A stretch of 64,000 bases of DNA, taken from positions 2,098 to 66,097 of the forward strand of contig DUDB01000072.1 of assembly GCA_012959525.1 (NCBI GenBank), given 5' to 3'. The notes beneath the pieces are model-generated. The model was not told the DNA's origin and did no database searches. It saw only the letters and a program-made list of their open reading frames with translations. The DNA is from Planctomycetota bacterium. Its GTDB lineage: Bacteria > Planctomycetota > UBA1135 > GCA-002686595. The position numbers were made by a program, and so were the translations under genes. This document shows, in pieces, positions 1 to 8,856 of the stretch; within the stretch, counting starts at the first letter, position 1; each line of letters begins with the position of its first letter.

Positions 1-260
1 ACCTCATCACCCCGGCCCGGGAAACCGCCCCTCTCGACCACGGTCCAGTCTTCGCCGGATCGGGTCAGGGTCGTGGTGCCCAGCGCGCTCGCGATCACGA
101 GGGTGTCGGCCGCATCCACCTGACCGGGCAGGTTGGGGAAGATCGGCTCGGAGGCGCGGCTCCAGGCAGAGCGTGAGTCGCGACCGGAGTCGAGGCCCAG
201 GCCGAGTAGGGTCAGGACGGCTCCACAGGAGGCCATCACTATCAGGGTCTTTTGCTTCAT
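1..260 (-). CDS. DUF4340-like membrane-anchored protein, N-terminal part (gene runs off the left edge)
   Basis: Not in the ORF track because no stop lies in the window. My own minus-strand translation from the ATG at 258-260 gives MKQKTLIVMASCGAVLTLLGLGLDSGRDSRSAWSRASEPIFPNLPGQVDAADTLVIASALGTTTLTRSGEDWTVVERGGFPG... It has an N-terminal hydrophobic helix. Its start overlaps the stop of the upstream GldG-like gene in an ATGA. DUF4340 genes usually sit at this position, after ATPase/permease/GldG-like genes. Confidence 0.55.
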   Translation of the reverse strand, partial: MKQKTLIVMASCGAVLTLLGLGLDSGRDSRSAWSRASEPIFPNLPGQVDAADTLVIASALGTTTLTRSGEDWTVVERGGFPGRGDE

Positions 261-2164
261 GCGCTCTTCCTCCGACGGCGTAACCGGAAGGACAGGCCAC
301 CCAATGCGACAAGCAAGGGAACCAGTCCGATGTGGATGAACTTGAGCCGTGCGCCCAGGGCTTCGATGTCTTTGCTGAGGTCGTGCTTGACCCGGCCTCT
401 TTGCTTGCGAATCTCAATCTGCTCTTCCTGCTTGGCGCTCAACTCCTCGAACTGCTGCATGGTCATGCGCACCACGCCCTGCTCGTCAGCACCTTCCTGA
501 AGGCTGCGGATCTCCGCGCTCAGCTCCTGCTCCTTGGCCTGTAGCTCCTGATCCTTGGCCAGGAAGCGCTCGCGAGCGGCCTTCTCCAGAGCGTCCTTCT
601 TCTCAAAGGGGCGGCTGAAGAGGCCGCGGCCGCGCAGAGAGAGGAGGTCGTTGGAACCAAGCAGGTTTTCGATGGCGTTGACCACCAGGACGGGGTTGTT
701 GTTGCGTCGTTCCAGCATGCCCAGCTGGGTCATCTGGGCCGAGCGCCAGAGAGCTTCGTGCATGCAGTCGACGTCAGCGACGACTATCGCGTTAAAGGAA
801 CCATCGGACTCCGTCAGGATTGCGTCCTGTCCCAGCCATCCCTCCGGGGCACCATCGGGGAAAGCACTCGTGATCGGACCACTCACGCGCACCGCGAGGC
901 CCACGCGTTGCTCATTGCCATCCTCATCGACCTGAGCCGTGGTGGTGAACTGCGCACCCAGCGTGGGTGCCAGTTGGACCACGTCGGGTGCGAACTGCAG
1001 GTTCACCGCGTCAATGGTCTGGCCCGTTGGGCTACTGGATAGCAAGGTCGTGACCTCCGTGCTGCCCCCCTCGCTCTTGCGCACCTCACCCGCGCAGAAG
1101 ACATTGATGAGGGAGAGGGTGGAGGAGACGGTGTCGGTGCCGTTGAACAGGCCCTCATCCACGGAGGCGTTGAGCTCCATCCACAAGGGAAAATCGATAA
1201 CCGAGTTGCCCGAGCGGACGGGTCGCGCCAGGGTCGAGTCGCCCGCCACCTGGGAGGGGACCAGTTCCACTCCCCAGGCGCCCAGGAGGTCATCGAGCTG
1301 GGACGTGCGGTTGTGCCCGAATTGGTTCTGTTGGCCCGGGGGCGGCATGTCGAAGTAGCAGTAGGGGTCCACCATGGCCAGCACCTTGCCGCCACCCAGG
1401 GCGAACTGGTCGATGGCGAAGCGCGCCGTATCACTCAACCCCTTGGGGTGAACGATCAGCAGTACGTCCACTGCGGGGTCGATGGGGCCGGTGATGCTCG
1501 CCGGGTTCAGGGTCTCGGTCTCGAAGCTGTCACCCAGGACCTGGGTGATAGCCCAAGCATCCTGGGGCGGCATGCCGGGCATCATGGCCTGCTGCCCATC
1601 GAGGGGGAGGCTGGAGATGATCGCCACGCGCCCGCGATCGTCATCGCTCTGTGCCAGATCGTGAATCAGCTTGGCAATGTCGTATTCAAGGTAGGCCGTT
1701 CCGCGGGCGTCCAGGGAGGGGATGGTGGCGACCTTGTCCACGCTGTTGTTGGCGGCGATGCCGAAGAAGAGCATGTCGCCCGCGGCGCTGACGAGCTGTC
1801 CGCTGATGCCGTAGGAGTTGGCGAGCTCCTCCTCCTCAGAGTAGGGTTCCGGATCGATCACCTTGAGGGCGATCTTGCCGTCAGCGGCCGCCTCGACCTC
1901 TTCCAGGAGCTCTCGCACCCGGCGGGCGTAGGTCTGCAGGGCGGGGATATCCTCGGCCGTTGCCGTAGAGAAGAAGAGCCGGATGGTGATGGGCTCATCG
2001 ATTCGCTTCAGGATGTTGCGCGTTCCGTCGGAGAGGGTGAACAGGGACTGCTCCGTCATGTCTACTCGCCAGAAGCGCAGAGCCGTGCCCGCGAACAGGT
2101 TGATGCCCAGGAACAGGAAACCGGCTACTGCAAGTGCCAGCCAGGGTGAACGTTGGTTCTTCAT
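257..2164 (-). CDS. GldG-like auxiliary component of an ABC-2 type transport system
   Basis: 635-aa ORF. It has an N-terminal TM (WLALAVAGFLFLGINLF), a large periplasmic region and a C-terminal TM (IHIGLVPLLVALGGL) followed by an RRRRK tail. It lies directly downstream of the ABC-2 permease and ATPase genes. Both the topology and the N-terminal motif (TEQSLFTLSDGTRNILKRIDEPITIRLFFS) are typical of the GldG/ABC_transp_aux family. Confidence 0.8.
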   Translation of the reverse strand: MKNQRSPWLALAVAGFLFLGINLFAGTALRFWRVDMTEQSLFTLSDGTRNILKRIDEPITIRLFFSTATAEDIPALQTYARRVRELLEEVEAAADGKIALKVIDPEPYSEEEELANSYGISGQLVSAAGDMLFFGIAANNSVDKVATIPSLDARGTAYLEYDIAKLIHDLAQSDDDRGRVAIISSLPLDGQQAMMPGMPPQDAWAITQVLGDSFETETLNPASITGPIDPAVDVLLIVHPKGLSDTARFAIDQFALGGGKVLAMVDPYCYFDMPPPGQQNQFGHNRTSQLDDLLGAWGVELVPSQVAGDSTLARPVRSGNSVIDFPLWMELNASVDEGLFNGTDTVSSTLSLINVFCAGEVRKSEGGSTEVTTLLSSSPTGQTIDAVNLQFAPDVVQLAPTLGAQFTTTAQVDEDGNEQRVGLAVRVSGPITSAFPDGAPEGWLGQDAILTESDGSFNAIVVADVDCMHEALWRSAQMTQLGMLERRNNNPVLVVNAIENLLGSNDLLSLRGRGLFSRPFEKKDALEKAARERFLAKDQELQAKEQELSAEIRSLQEGADEQGVVRMTMQQFEELSAKQEEQIEIRKQRGRVKHDLSKDIEALGARLKFIHIGLVPLLVALGGLSFRLRRRRKSA

Positions 2165-2167
2165 GGA

Positions 2168-2917
2168 TCAGTCCGCCTTCTTGGAGTCAACGATGACCGT
2201 GTTGGCGAATAAGAACACCCCGATCAAGGACAGGAAGAACACCACGTCGCGTGCGTCGATTACGCCTCGCACGAGTCCGTTGAAGTGGGTCAGGAAGCTC
2301 ATCTGCTGAACCGCCTCGACCAGGAAATTCGGCAGCACGGCTTCGGCAAATTCCAGGACAGCGGGGTAGCCGCTCAGGATGAAGAGGAACCCGATGGAGA
2401 TGGAGAGCACAAAGGCCACCACCTGGTTGCGGGTCAGGGCCGAGAGGCAGGCCCCGATGGCGAGGAAGGCGCCCGCCAGGAGCAGGGTGCCCAGGTAGCT
2501 TGTGGCGATCACGCCGTGGTCGGGTCCCCCGAGCCAGGCCACGGTGATCCACTCGCCCACGGTCAGGGCCAGAGCAACTCCTACAAAGAGCCAGGCGGCC
2601 AGGAACTTGCCGAGCACCGCCTGCCCCGGGCTGATGGGCAGCGTGAGCAGGAGCTCGATGGTGCCGCTGTGCCGTTCCTCGGCCCAAAGGCGCATGGCCA
2701 GGGCCGGGATCAGGGCCAGGAACAGCCAGGGTTGGAAGGAGAAGAAGGGGGTCAGATCCGCTTGGTCCTGCTCGTAGAGCCCTCCGAGATACCAGGTGAA
2801 GACCCCGGACAGGATCAGGTAAATGACCAGGAAGACGTAGGCCACGGGGGTGGCGAAGTAGCCCTGCAGTTCGCGTTTGAATACGCAGCGGGTGTTGTGG
2901 AGTGCGACGCTCATCAT
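2168..2917 (-). CDS. ABC-2 type transporter permease
   Basis: 249-aa polytopic membrane ORF (about 6 hydrophobic segments). The N-terminus FKRELQGYFATPVAYVFLVIYLILSG is typical of ABC-2/GldF-like permeases. Its start overlaps the ATPase stop by 4 nt. Confidence 0.85.
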   Translation of the reverse strand: MMSVALHNTRCVFKRELQGYFATPVAYVFLVIYLILSGVFTWYLGGLYEQDQADLTPFFSFQPWLFLALIPALAMRLWAEERHSGTIELLLTLPISPGQAVLGKFLAAWLFVGVALALTVGEWITVAWLGGPDHGVIATSYLGTLLLAGAFLAIGACLSALTRNQVVAFVLSISIGFLFILSGYPAVLEFAEAVLPNFLVEAVQQMSFLTHFNGLVRGVIDARDVVFFLSLIGVFLFANTVIVDSKKAD

Positions 2918-3864
2918 TGGGCTCCCGTCTGGGTCGTGATCGTTCGGAAGACCTCATCAAGGCTGCCGCGTTCCACACTCAGGTGCTGAACGTCCCAGTT
3001 CTTGCTGCGGGCCAGGTCTGTGATGGAGTGCAGGAGGGGCGCATCGCCCGCAGCATAGGCGCGCAGGCGCACCAGCTCCTCGCCGGGGCTGCCCTCGAGT
3101 ACTTCCACGCGTCCGACTTCTGCCAATCCGCTCAAGGCCGCGCTCGCAGCCTCGGCCTGGGTGTTACCCAGGTGCAGGGCCACCGCTCCGTGAGTGGCCG
3201 AGCGCGCGCGTAGTTCTGCGGGAGTTCCATCGAAGAGCACGCGACCCTCCGAGATGATGATGGCTCGTGTGCAGACAGCCTCGACCTCCTCCAGGATGTG
3301 AGTGGAGAGGACGATCACCTTGTCCTTCGCCATGCTCCGGATGAGCTTGCGCACCTCTTCCTTCTGATTGGGATCGAGGCCATCCGTCGGTTCGTCCAGG
3401 ACCAGCACCTCGGGGTCGTGCAGGATCGCCGCGGCCAGGCCCACCCGTCGCTTGAATCCCTTGGACAAGGTGTCGATGCGCTGGCTCATGACGCTTCCGA
3501 TGCCTACCAGAGCGACGACCTCGTCCGTCCGTTCTTGGGCTCGCGCACGCTTCATGGAGCGTGCTTCCGACACGAATCGCAACAAAGACGTCGGGGTCAT
3601 GTCCGGGTACAGGGGGGCCCCTTCAGGGAGGTATCCGATGCAGCGTTGGGCGGCGATGGGGTCCTGGGTGACCTCATGTCCGCAGATGCGCGCCCCGCCC
3701 GAAGTGGGCGACAGAAAGCCCGTGATCATCTTCATGGTCGTGGATTTGCCCGCACCGTTGGGGCCGAGGAATCCCAGGACTTCCCCTGGCTGCACGTTGA
3801 ACGTCACGTGATCCACGGCGGGCCGTGTGCCAAAGACTTTGGTGAGTTGTTGGATCTCGATCAT
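2914..3864 (-). CDS. ABC transporter ATP-binding protein
   Basis: Walker A GPNGAGKST, signature LSKGFKRRV, Walker B VLVLDEPTDGLD and H-loop LSTH. The ORF track begins at 3909. I prefer the internal ATG at 3862-3864 (MIEIQQLTKVFG), the usual N-terminus for this family. The start is uncertain by 45 nt. Confidence 0.9.
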   Translation of the reverse strand: MIEIQQLTKVFGTRPAVDHVTFNVQPGEVLGFLGPNGAGKSTTMKMITGFLSPTSGGARICGHEVTQDPIAAQRCIGYLPEGAPLYPDMTPTSLLRFVSEARSMKRARAQERTDEVVALVGIGSVMSQRIDTLSKGFKRRVGLAAAILHDPEVLVLDEPTDGLDPNQKEEVRKLIRSMAKDKVIVLSTHILEEVEAVCTRAIIISEGRVLFDGTPAELRARSATHGAVALHLGNTQAEAASAALSGLAEVGRVEVLEGSPGEELVRLRAYAAGDAPLLHSITDLARSKNWDVQHLSVERGSLDEVFRTITTQTGAQ

Positions 3865-4017
3865 TGGGAGCTTGGGTGCATGGCGTATCTGTGCCGCTGG
3901 AGGAGCCACCCCGATCGGTGCGGGGGGCGCTGCCGGAGACCCTGAGAGGAGACCCTGAGAAGCTTGGCGGGGGGGCTTTTATACCGACCTCGCCGTGCCT
4001 TGCAAGGGCTTCAGCCC

Positions 4018-5115
4018 CTAGCGCAAGCGCTGCAACTTGCTGATGCGCCCGCGGGCGTTCCAGTCCATGACGAACAAACTGCCCTCGCGGTCCCAGCACA
4101 GGGAGTGGGGGGAGAGGAACTCGCCTGCCGCCCACTCAGAAGGGGGGACACCATTGCGAGCGCGCTTGGCGGGGTCAGGATTGTCGCAAAGGTGCGCGAT
4201 CAGGCGCTGCTGGGCGTCGATCAGGGTGATCCGACCGGCCAGATCGGGCACGGCCAGGACCCCGTTCCACTCCGCGACCCCACACGGACGACGCAAGCCG
4301 TGCTGCACCGTTTCCTGGTGCTGGCCCTGTAGGTCAAAGAATTGCAAACGGTGGTTTTCCCGGTCTGCAACGATCAGGCGTTCCTGTTCGCCGCGGGTAT
4401 CCAGCCAGATCCCGTGGCACGTTCGGAACTGTCCGTCGGCGTTGCCGAGTCCGCCGAAGGAGCGCACGTACTGGCGGTCGGCATCGTACTGGTGCACCCA
4501 GGACTTGCCGTAGCCATCCGCCACGTACAGGCTTCCGTCGGAACTGACCGCCACCCCCGTGGGCCTGTATTCATTGGCATTCTTGTAGTGGCCGGACTCC
4601 TCGGGGTAGCCCAGAGTCCACAGTATCTTGCCCTTCAGTGTTGTCTTGATCACTTCGTGGCGCCCTAGGTGACACAGATACAGGAACTCCTCGCCCCCTT
4701 CCTCCCGCAGGCACATTCCATGCAGGCCACCGGCCAACTCCTTGCCCCAGGTCTCGAGCAGGGTTCCGTCCGGGCGCACGACCACCACCGCGTTCTCGGT
4801 GTCGGTATTGAACAGGACGTTTCCCTCCCGGGTGACCAGCATCCCGCCATGGGTGTTGCCCAGGTTCATGCCCTCGGGGAGCTGCAGCCAGTCCTCGACC
4901 CACTCGAAGGCGAACGTCTCACGGGGTTCGGGACCGGACCAGGGCCGGCGTGGGGTGGCGGGCAGGGAGCTGCCCGGGAGCGCGTGGCTGTGGTGCGCCG
5001 TGAGCGGATCGTGAGGATCGTGAGGGGCTGGGAGGGCGAGGGACAGGGGTGCGAGCAAGATGGGAATCAGCATGGCGTCGAGAGTAGGGCACGCGGCCCG
5101 ACTCAGCCATTCCAA
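4018..5115 (-). CDS. Secreted NHL-repeat six-bladed beta-propeller protein (peptidyl-alpha-hydroxyglycine lyase-like family)
   Basis: 365-aa ORF with a signal-like N-terminus (MLIPILLAPLSLALPAP; alternative start at 5073). Repeated NHL-type blades are visible, e.g. GVAVSSDGSLYVADGYG, HGIWLDTRGEQERLIVADRENHRLQFF and PHSLCWDREGSLFVMDW. Confidence 0.7.
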   Translation of the reverse strand: MEWLSRAACPTLDAMLIPILLAPLSLALPAPHDPHDPLTAHHSHALPGSSLPATPRRPWSGPEPRETFAFEWVEDWLQLPEGMNLGNTHGGMLVTREGNVLFNTDTENAVVVVRPDGTLLETWGKELAGGLHGMCLREEGGEEFLYLCHLGRHEVIKTTLKGKILWTLGYPEESGHYKNANEYRPTGVAVSSDGSLYVADGYGKSWVHQYDADRQYVRSFGGLGNADGQFRTCHGIWLDTRGEQERLIVADRENHRLQFFDLQGQHQETVQHGLRRPCGVAEWNGVLAVPDLAGRITLIDAQQRLIAHLCDNPDPAKRARNGVPPSEWAAGEFLSPHSLCWDREGSLFVMDWNARGRISKLQRLR

Positions 5116-5144
5116 ACCAGCCCCGGGCTGCTAGGGTCACAGGC

Positions 5145-6827
5145 ATGCGCACGTCCCCTCTCTGGTTTCCCCTGGCTTGTACTCTGTCCATGGTCGTCTC
5201 ATCCGCACACAGTCTTCCCCAGGACCTCTTGCCCCGCACCACGGCCGAAAACTCAGATTGGGCGAGCACCAGCACCCACTCGGACGTGTCAGCGTTCCTT
5301 GAACAGCTGGCAGGCCTGTACGGCAGTGACCTCATGGCCGTGGAGGGGATCGGAGAATCCAAGGAGGGGCGTGAGTTGCTGCTCGTTCGCCTGGGGAGCC
5401 CCCTGCCCGCGAGCGCCGATGCCCACGCTTGTGGGGATAGGCTGCGCGTTCTGATCACCGGGAACATCCATGGTGGAGAGGTCGAGGGCAAGGAGGCGCT
5501 GCAGCAGATCATGCGCGAGCTGGTCACCGGCCAGCACGGTCCGCTGCTGGAGAAGGTGGCGCTCTTCTTCGTGCCCGTCTACAACGCCGATGGCAACGAC
5601 GCCATCGCCCGCACCAACCGCGTCAGCCAGAACGGTCCGGATGGGGGCGTGGGGGAGCGCGCCAACGGGCAGGGTCTCGACCTGAACCGGGACTTCATCA
5701 AGGCCGAGTCCCCCGAGTGCCAGGCTTTGCTGGGCCTCATGAATGGCCTGGACCCGCACCTCTACGTGGATCTGCATACCACCAACGGATCGGACCACGC
5801 CTATCATCTGACCTACGCCCCCTCGCTCTCCACCAACGTGGATGCGGACCTGGATCGCATGGCCAGAGAGGAGTTCCTGCCCGGTGTGCGCGCGGCCATG
5901 GCACGTCGCGCCGGTTGGAGGATTTTCGACTACGGCAATTTCAGCGGGCGTGAGCAGGTGCAGTGGACGACCTACGATCACCGCCCGCGCTTCGGGACCA
6001 ACTATGTGGGGCTGCGCAATCGATTCTCGATCCTGTCGGAGGCCTACAGCTACCTGCCCTTCCATGAGCGCGTCGACGTGACCCACGACTTCGTGCTGGA
6101 GATCCTGGCCTACGCCGCGGAGAACGCCGATGCGCTGCGCGCCGCTTGCGATGCGGCCGATGCGCGCGCCCTGGGCGGGGACGTGACCTTCGGTGTGGAC
6201 ACCAGCCTCGCGGCGGGCCGCGCACTGGAAGTGATGCGCGGAAACCTCACCTCAGTGGAGCTACCCGGGCTGGGAACGCGCAGGGTGGTGGGGGATGAAT
6301 GGACCGCAGAGACCATGCAGGTGCGCGTGTCCTTTGAGTCCAAGCGGCAGGTGCCCCTGCCCACGGCTTGGGCCTTGCCCGAGCCAGGGCCGGAGGTGCT
6401 CAAGCGTCTCGCCTGGCACGGACTTCAGGTTATCCACCTGGAGGAAGAGGTCCCCTCGACGCTCAATACCATTGAGATCATGTTTGAGCTCGAGTGCTTT
6501 GAGATCGAGGAGATCCGGCGCGCCAAGCGCCTGTTTCAGGGCCACCATGAGACCAGCGTGCGCGGCAAATGGCGGACCCGGGTAGGGACACTGCCCGCAG
6601 GCACGGTGCTGGTGAGCGCCCGCCAGCCCCGGGCGCGCGTGGCGGCCCAATTGCTCGAGCCCGAGAGCGAGGACGGTCTGGTGACCTGGAATTTCCTCGA
6701 CGACTCCCTGCCCGAAGCCGTGAGGGAAGATTCCTTCATCAGCCCTCTCCTCTTCCCCGTATGGCGCATCCAGTCCGTGACTGAGACGAGCCCCCTGTTT
6801 GCACTCTTGAATCCCAAGCAACCTTGA
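5145..6827 (+). CDS. M14-family zinc carboxypeptidase
   Basis: Signal peptide. HxxE zinc motif in ITGNIHGGEVEGKEA. NADGND and NRDF motifs are present. The second His ligand lies in VDLHTTNGS. There is a long C-terminal extension. Confidence 0.85.
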   Translation: MRTSPLWFPLACTLSMVVSSAHSLPQDLLPRTTAENSDWASTSTHSDVSAFLEQLAGLYGSDLMAVEGIGESKEGRELLLVRLGSPLPASADAHACGDRLRVLITGNIHGGEVEGKEALQQIMRELVTGQHGPLLEKVALFFVPVYNADGNDAIARTNRVSQNGPDGGVGERANGQGLDLNRDFIKAESPECQALLGLMNGLDPHLYVDLHTTNGSDHAYHLTYAPSLSTNVDADLDRMAREEFLPGVRAAMARRAGWRIFDYGNFSGREQVQWTTYDHRPRFGTNYVGLRNRFSILSEAYSYLPFHERVDVTHDFVLEILAYAAENADALRAACDAADARALGGDVTFGVDTSLAAGRALEVMRGNLTSVELPGLGTRRVVGDEWTAETMQVRVSFESKRQVPLPTAWALPEPGPEVLKRLAWHGLQVIHLEEEVPSTLNTIEIMFELECFEIEEIRRAKRLFQGHHETSVRGKWRTRVGTLPAGTVLVSARQPRARVAAQLLEPESEDGLVTWNFLDDSLPEAVREDSFISPLLFPVWRIQSVTETSPLFALLNPKQP

Positions 6828-6900
6828 GGGCGTGGGTATTCCAGCCCTACAATCAATGCGTTCCCCATTTCCTCCAAGCCCTGATCGCTGACCCCACCCC

Positions 6901-7416
6901 ATGACTGCAGCCCCTCCACAAGCCGGTGAGTATCCCGAGTCGGTTCAGAAATTTATCGACCTCGCCCCTACGGGCGACATCTTGCGCACGCTCCACAGCC
7001 AGGGCACCGAAACGGTGGCGTACCTGCGGAATCTGAGCGAGGATCTCGGGTGGGCGCGGCCAGCCGAGGATCGCTGGAGCCTGAGGGAGCTCGTGGGTCA
7101 CCTGCTCGATACCGAACGTGTGATGGTGACTGCGGCCCTTCATTTTGGTCGCGGCAACGAGTGTAACGTGCCCGGCTTCAGCGCCCAGAGTTGGGTCGAT
7201 GCCTCCGAGTATGACGACCGGACCCTGGCCGACCTCTGCAACGAGTTTGAGCCATTGCGGGCATCCAACGTACAGATGTTCTCCTGTCTGGGCACTTCGG
7301 ACTGGCTGCTCAAGGGAACCGTGGATGATGCTCCTTATACCCCGCGGGGCATCGCCTGGTTCTTGGCGGGACACACCGCGTACCACATGGACGTGGCTCG
7401 TGCGGAGTATGCTTAG
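6901..7416 (+). CDS. DinB-family (DinB_2) four-helix-bundle protein
   Basis: 171 aa. Contains WSLRELVGHLLDTERV and a C-terminal AGHTAYHMD, the His-bearing helices typical of the DinB superfamily. Confidence 0.7.
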   Translation: MTAAPPQAGEYPESVQKFIDLAPTGDILRTLHSQGTETVAYLRNLSEDLGWARPAEDRWSLRELVGHLLDTERVMVTAALHFGRGNECNVPGFSAQSWVDASEYDDRTLADLCNEFEPLRASNVQMFSCLGTSDWLLKGTVDDAPYTPRGIAWFLAGHTAYHMDVARAEYA

Positions 7417-8839
7417 GGTGACGGCCGCTTGCTGCGCGCTGGGCGCGCTGGGCGCGCTGGCTAGCGTGGCGGTAGCCACTCAGGATGCCCAGCGGCCACC
7501 GAACCTGGTGGTGATCTTTACCGACGATCAGGGCTGGGGGGACATCGGCTGTCAGGGGGCCAAGGGTTTCGAGACCCCGCACCTGGATGCCCTTGCGGCG
7601 CAGGGTGTGCGCTGTTCGAACTTCTACGTGGCCCAGGCGGTGTGCTCCGCCTCCAGGGCGGCCCTGCTGACCGGGTGCTATTCCAATCGGGTGGGGATAT
7701 CGGGAGCCCTGGGTCCTTCTTCGAAGATCGGAATCGCGGACGCTGAGCTCACCCTGGCTGAACTGAATAAGCAGGCGGGGCACGCCACGGCGATCTTCGG
7801 CAAGTGGCACCTGGGCCACCACCCCCAGTTCCTGCCCATGCGCCACGGCTTTGACGAGTTCTATGGCATCCCCTACTCCAACGACATGTGGCCCTTCCAC
7901 CCGGTGAACCCCAAGGCCTGGGGCGACTTGCCAACCCTGGAGGGGCATGAGGTGGTGGGTTTCAACACCGACCAGAACCGCTTCACCGGGGACTTCACAT
8001 CGCGGGCGGTGGACTTCATCGAGCGCCATGCGGACGAGCCGTTCTTCCTCTACTTGGCGCACCCGATGCCCCACGTTCCCCTCCATGCGTCCGAGGCGCA
8101 CCGTGGCAGGAGTGAGCAGGGGCTGTATGGGGACGTGATCCAGGAGATCGACGCCTCGGTGGGGGCCGTCGTCGCCGCGCTCGAGCGTACGGGCAACACG
8201 GAGCGCACCCTGGTGGTGTACGCCTCCGACAATGGGCCCTGGTTGTCCTACGGTAACCATGCAGGCTCCACCGGCCCCTTGCGCGAGGGCAAGGGTACGA
8301 GCTTCGAGGGAGGCGTGCGGGTGCCCTGTATCTGGAGCTGGCCCGGCCAGCTTCCCGCTGGACGCGTGTGTGAGACGCCGCTCATGACCATCGACGTCCT
8401 GCCCACCTGGGCGGGGCGCCTGGGGCAGGCGCTCGGAGAGGCGCCCGTCGATGGGGTCGACGTGTGGAGCACTCTGCGCGGGGATAGTGTCCTGCCAGAG
8501 CGTCCACTCTTCTTCTACTACGCCAACAATGAGCTGCAGGCCATGCGCCGCGGGCGCTGGAAGCTGCACCTGCCCCACAGCTATCGCTCCATGGGGCAAC
8601 GCGCTGTGGGCGCCGACGGTCAGACGGGCAAGTACGACTACAGCTGGAAGACGGGACTTGAGCTGTACGACCTGGAGGCGGATGTGGGCGAGTCCAACGA
8701 TCTGGCCAAGACCCACCCGCGGAAGGTAGAGGAGCTGCTCGTCGACGTGTTCTCCATGCGCGCGGAGCTGGGAGATCGCCTCACGGGGCAGCCGGGCCCC
8801 CAGCGTCGACCACCTGGGCGCGTTCCAACCGAGCGCTAG
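7409..8839 (+). CDS. Arylsulfatase-family protein (Cys-type, CSASR)
   Basis: The track ORF begins at 7145, but that part overlaps DinB. The ATG at 7409 gives a signal peptide MLRVTAACCALGALGALASVAVA, then PNLVVIFTDDQGWGD and AVCSASRAALLTG (C-x-A-x-R formylglycine motif). The start overlaps the DinB stop by 8 nt. Confidence 0.9.
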   Translation: MLRVTAACCALGALGALASVAVATQDAQRPPNLVVIFTDDQGWGDIGCQGAKGFETPHLDALAAQGVRCSNFYVAQAVCSASRAALLTGCYSNRVGISGALGPSSKIGIADAELTLAELNKQAGHATAIFGKWHLGHHPQFLPMRHGFDEFYGIPYSNDMWPFHPVNPKAWGDLPTLEGHEVVGFNTDQNRFTGDFTSRAVDFIERHADEPFFLYLAHPMPHVPLHASEAHRGRSEQGLYGDVIQEIDASVGAVVAALERTGNTERTLVVYASDNGPWLSYGNHAGSTGPLREGKGTSFEGGVRVPCIWSWPGQLPAGRVCETPLMTIDVLPTWAGRLGQALGEAPVDGVDVWSTLRGDSVLPERPLFFYYANNELQAMRRGRWKLHLPHSYRSMGQRAVGADGQTGKYDYSWKTGLELYDLEADVGESNDLAKTHPRKVEELLVDVFSMRAELGDRLTGQPGPQRRPPGRVPTER

Positions 8840-8856
8840 GCTGTTCGCTTGCGCGT

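Noticed and set aside
7145-7408. N-terminal extensions offered by the ORF track: sulfatase from 7145, BNR protein from 11216, tandem sulfatase from 25305, sulfatase from 20888, lipoprotein from 60934, DUF1080 from 39787.
   Set aside because: Each extension overlaps a neighbouring well-supported gene or precedes an internal Met that yields a clean signal peptide or lipobox. The downstream starts are therefore preferred.
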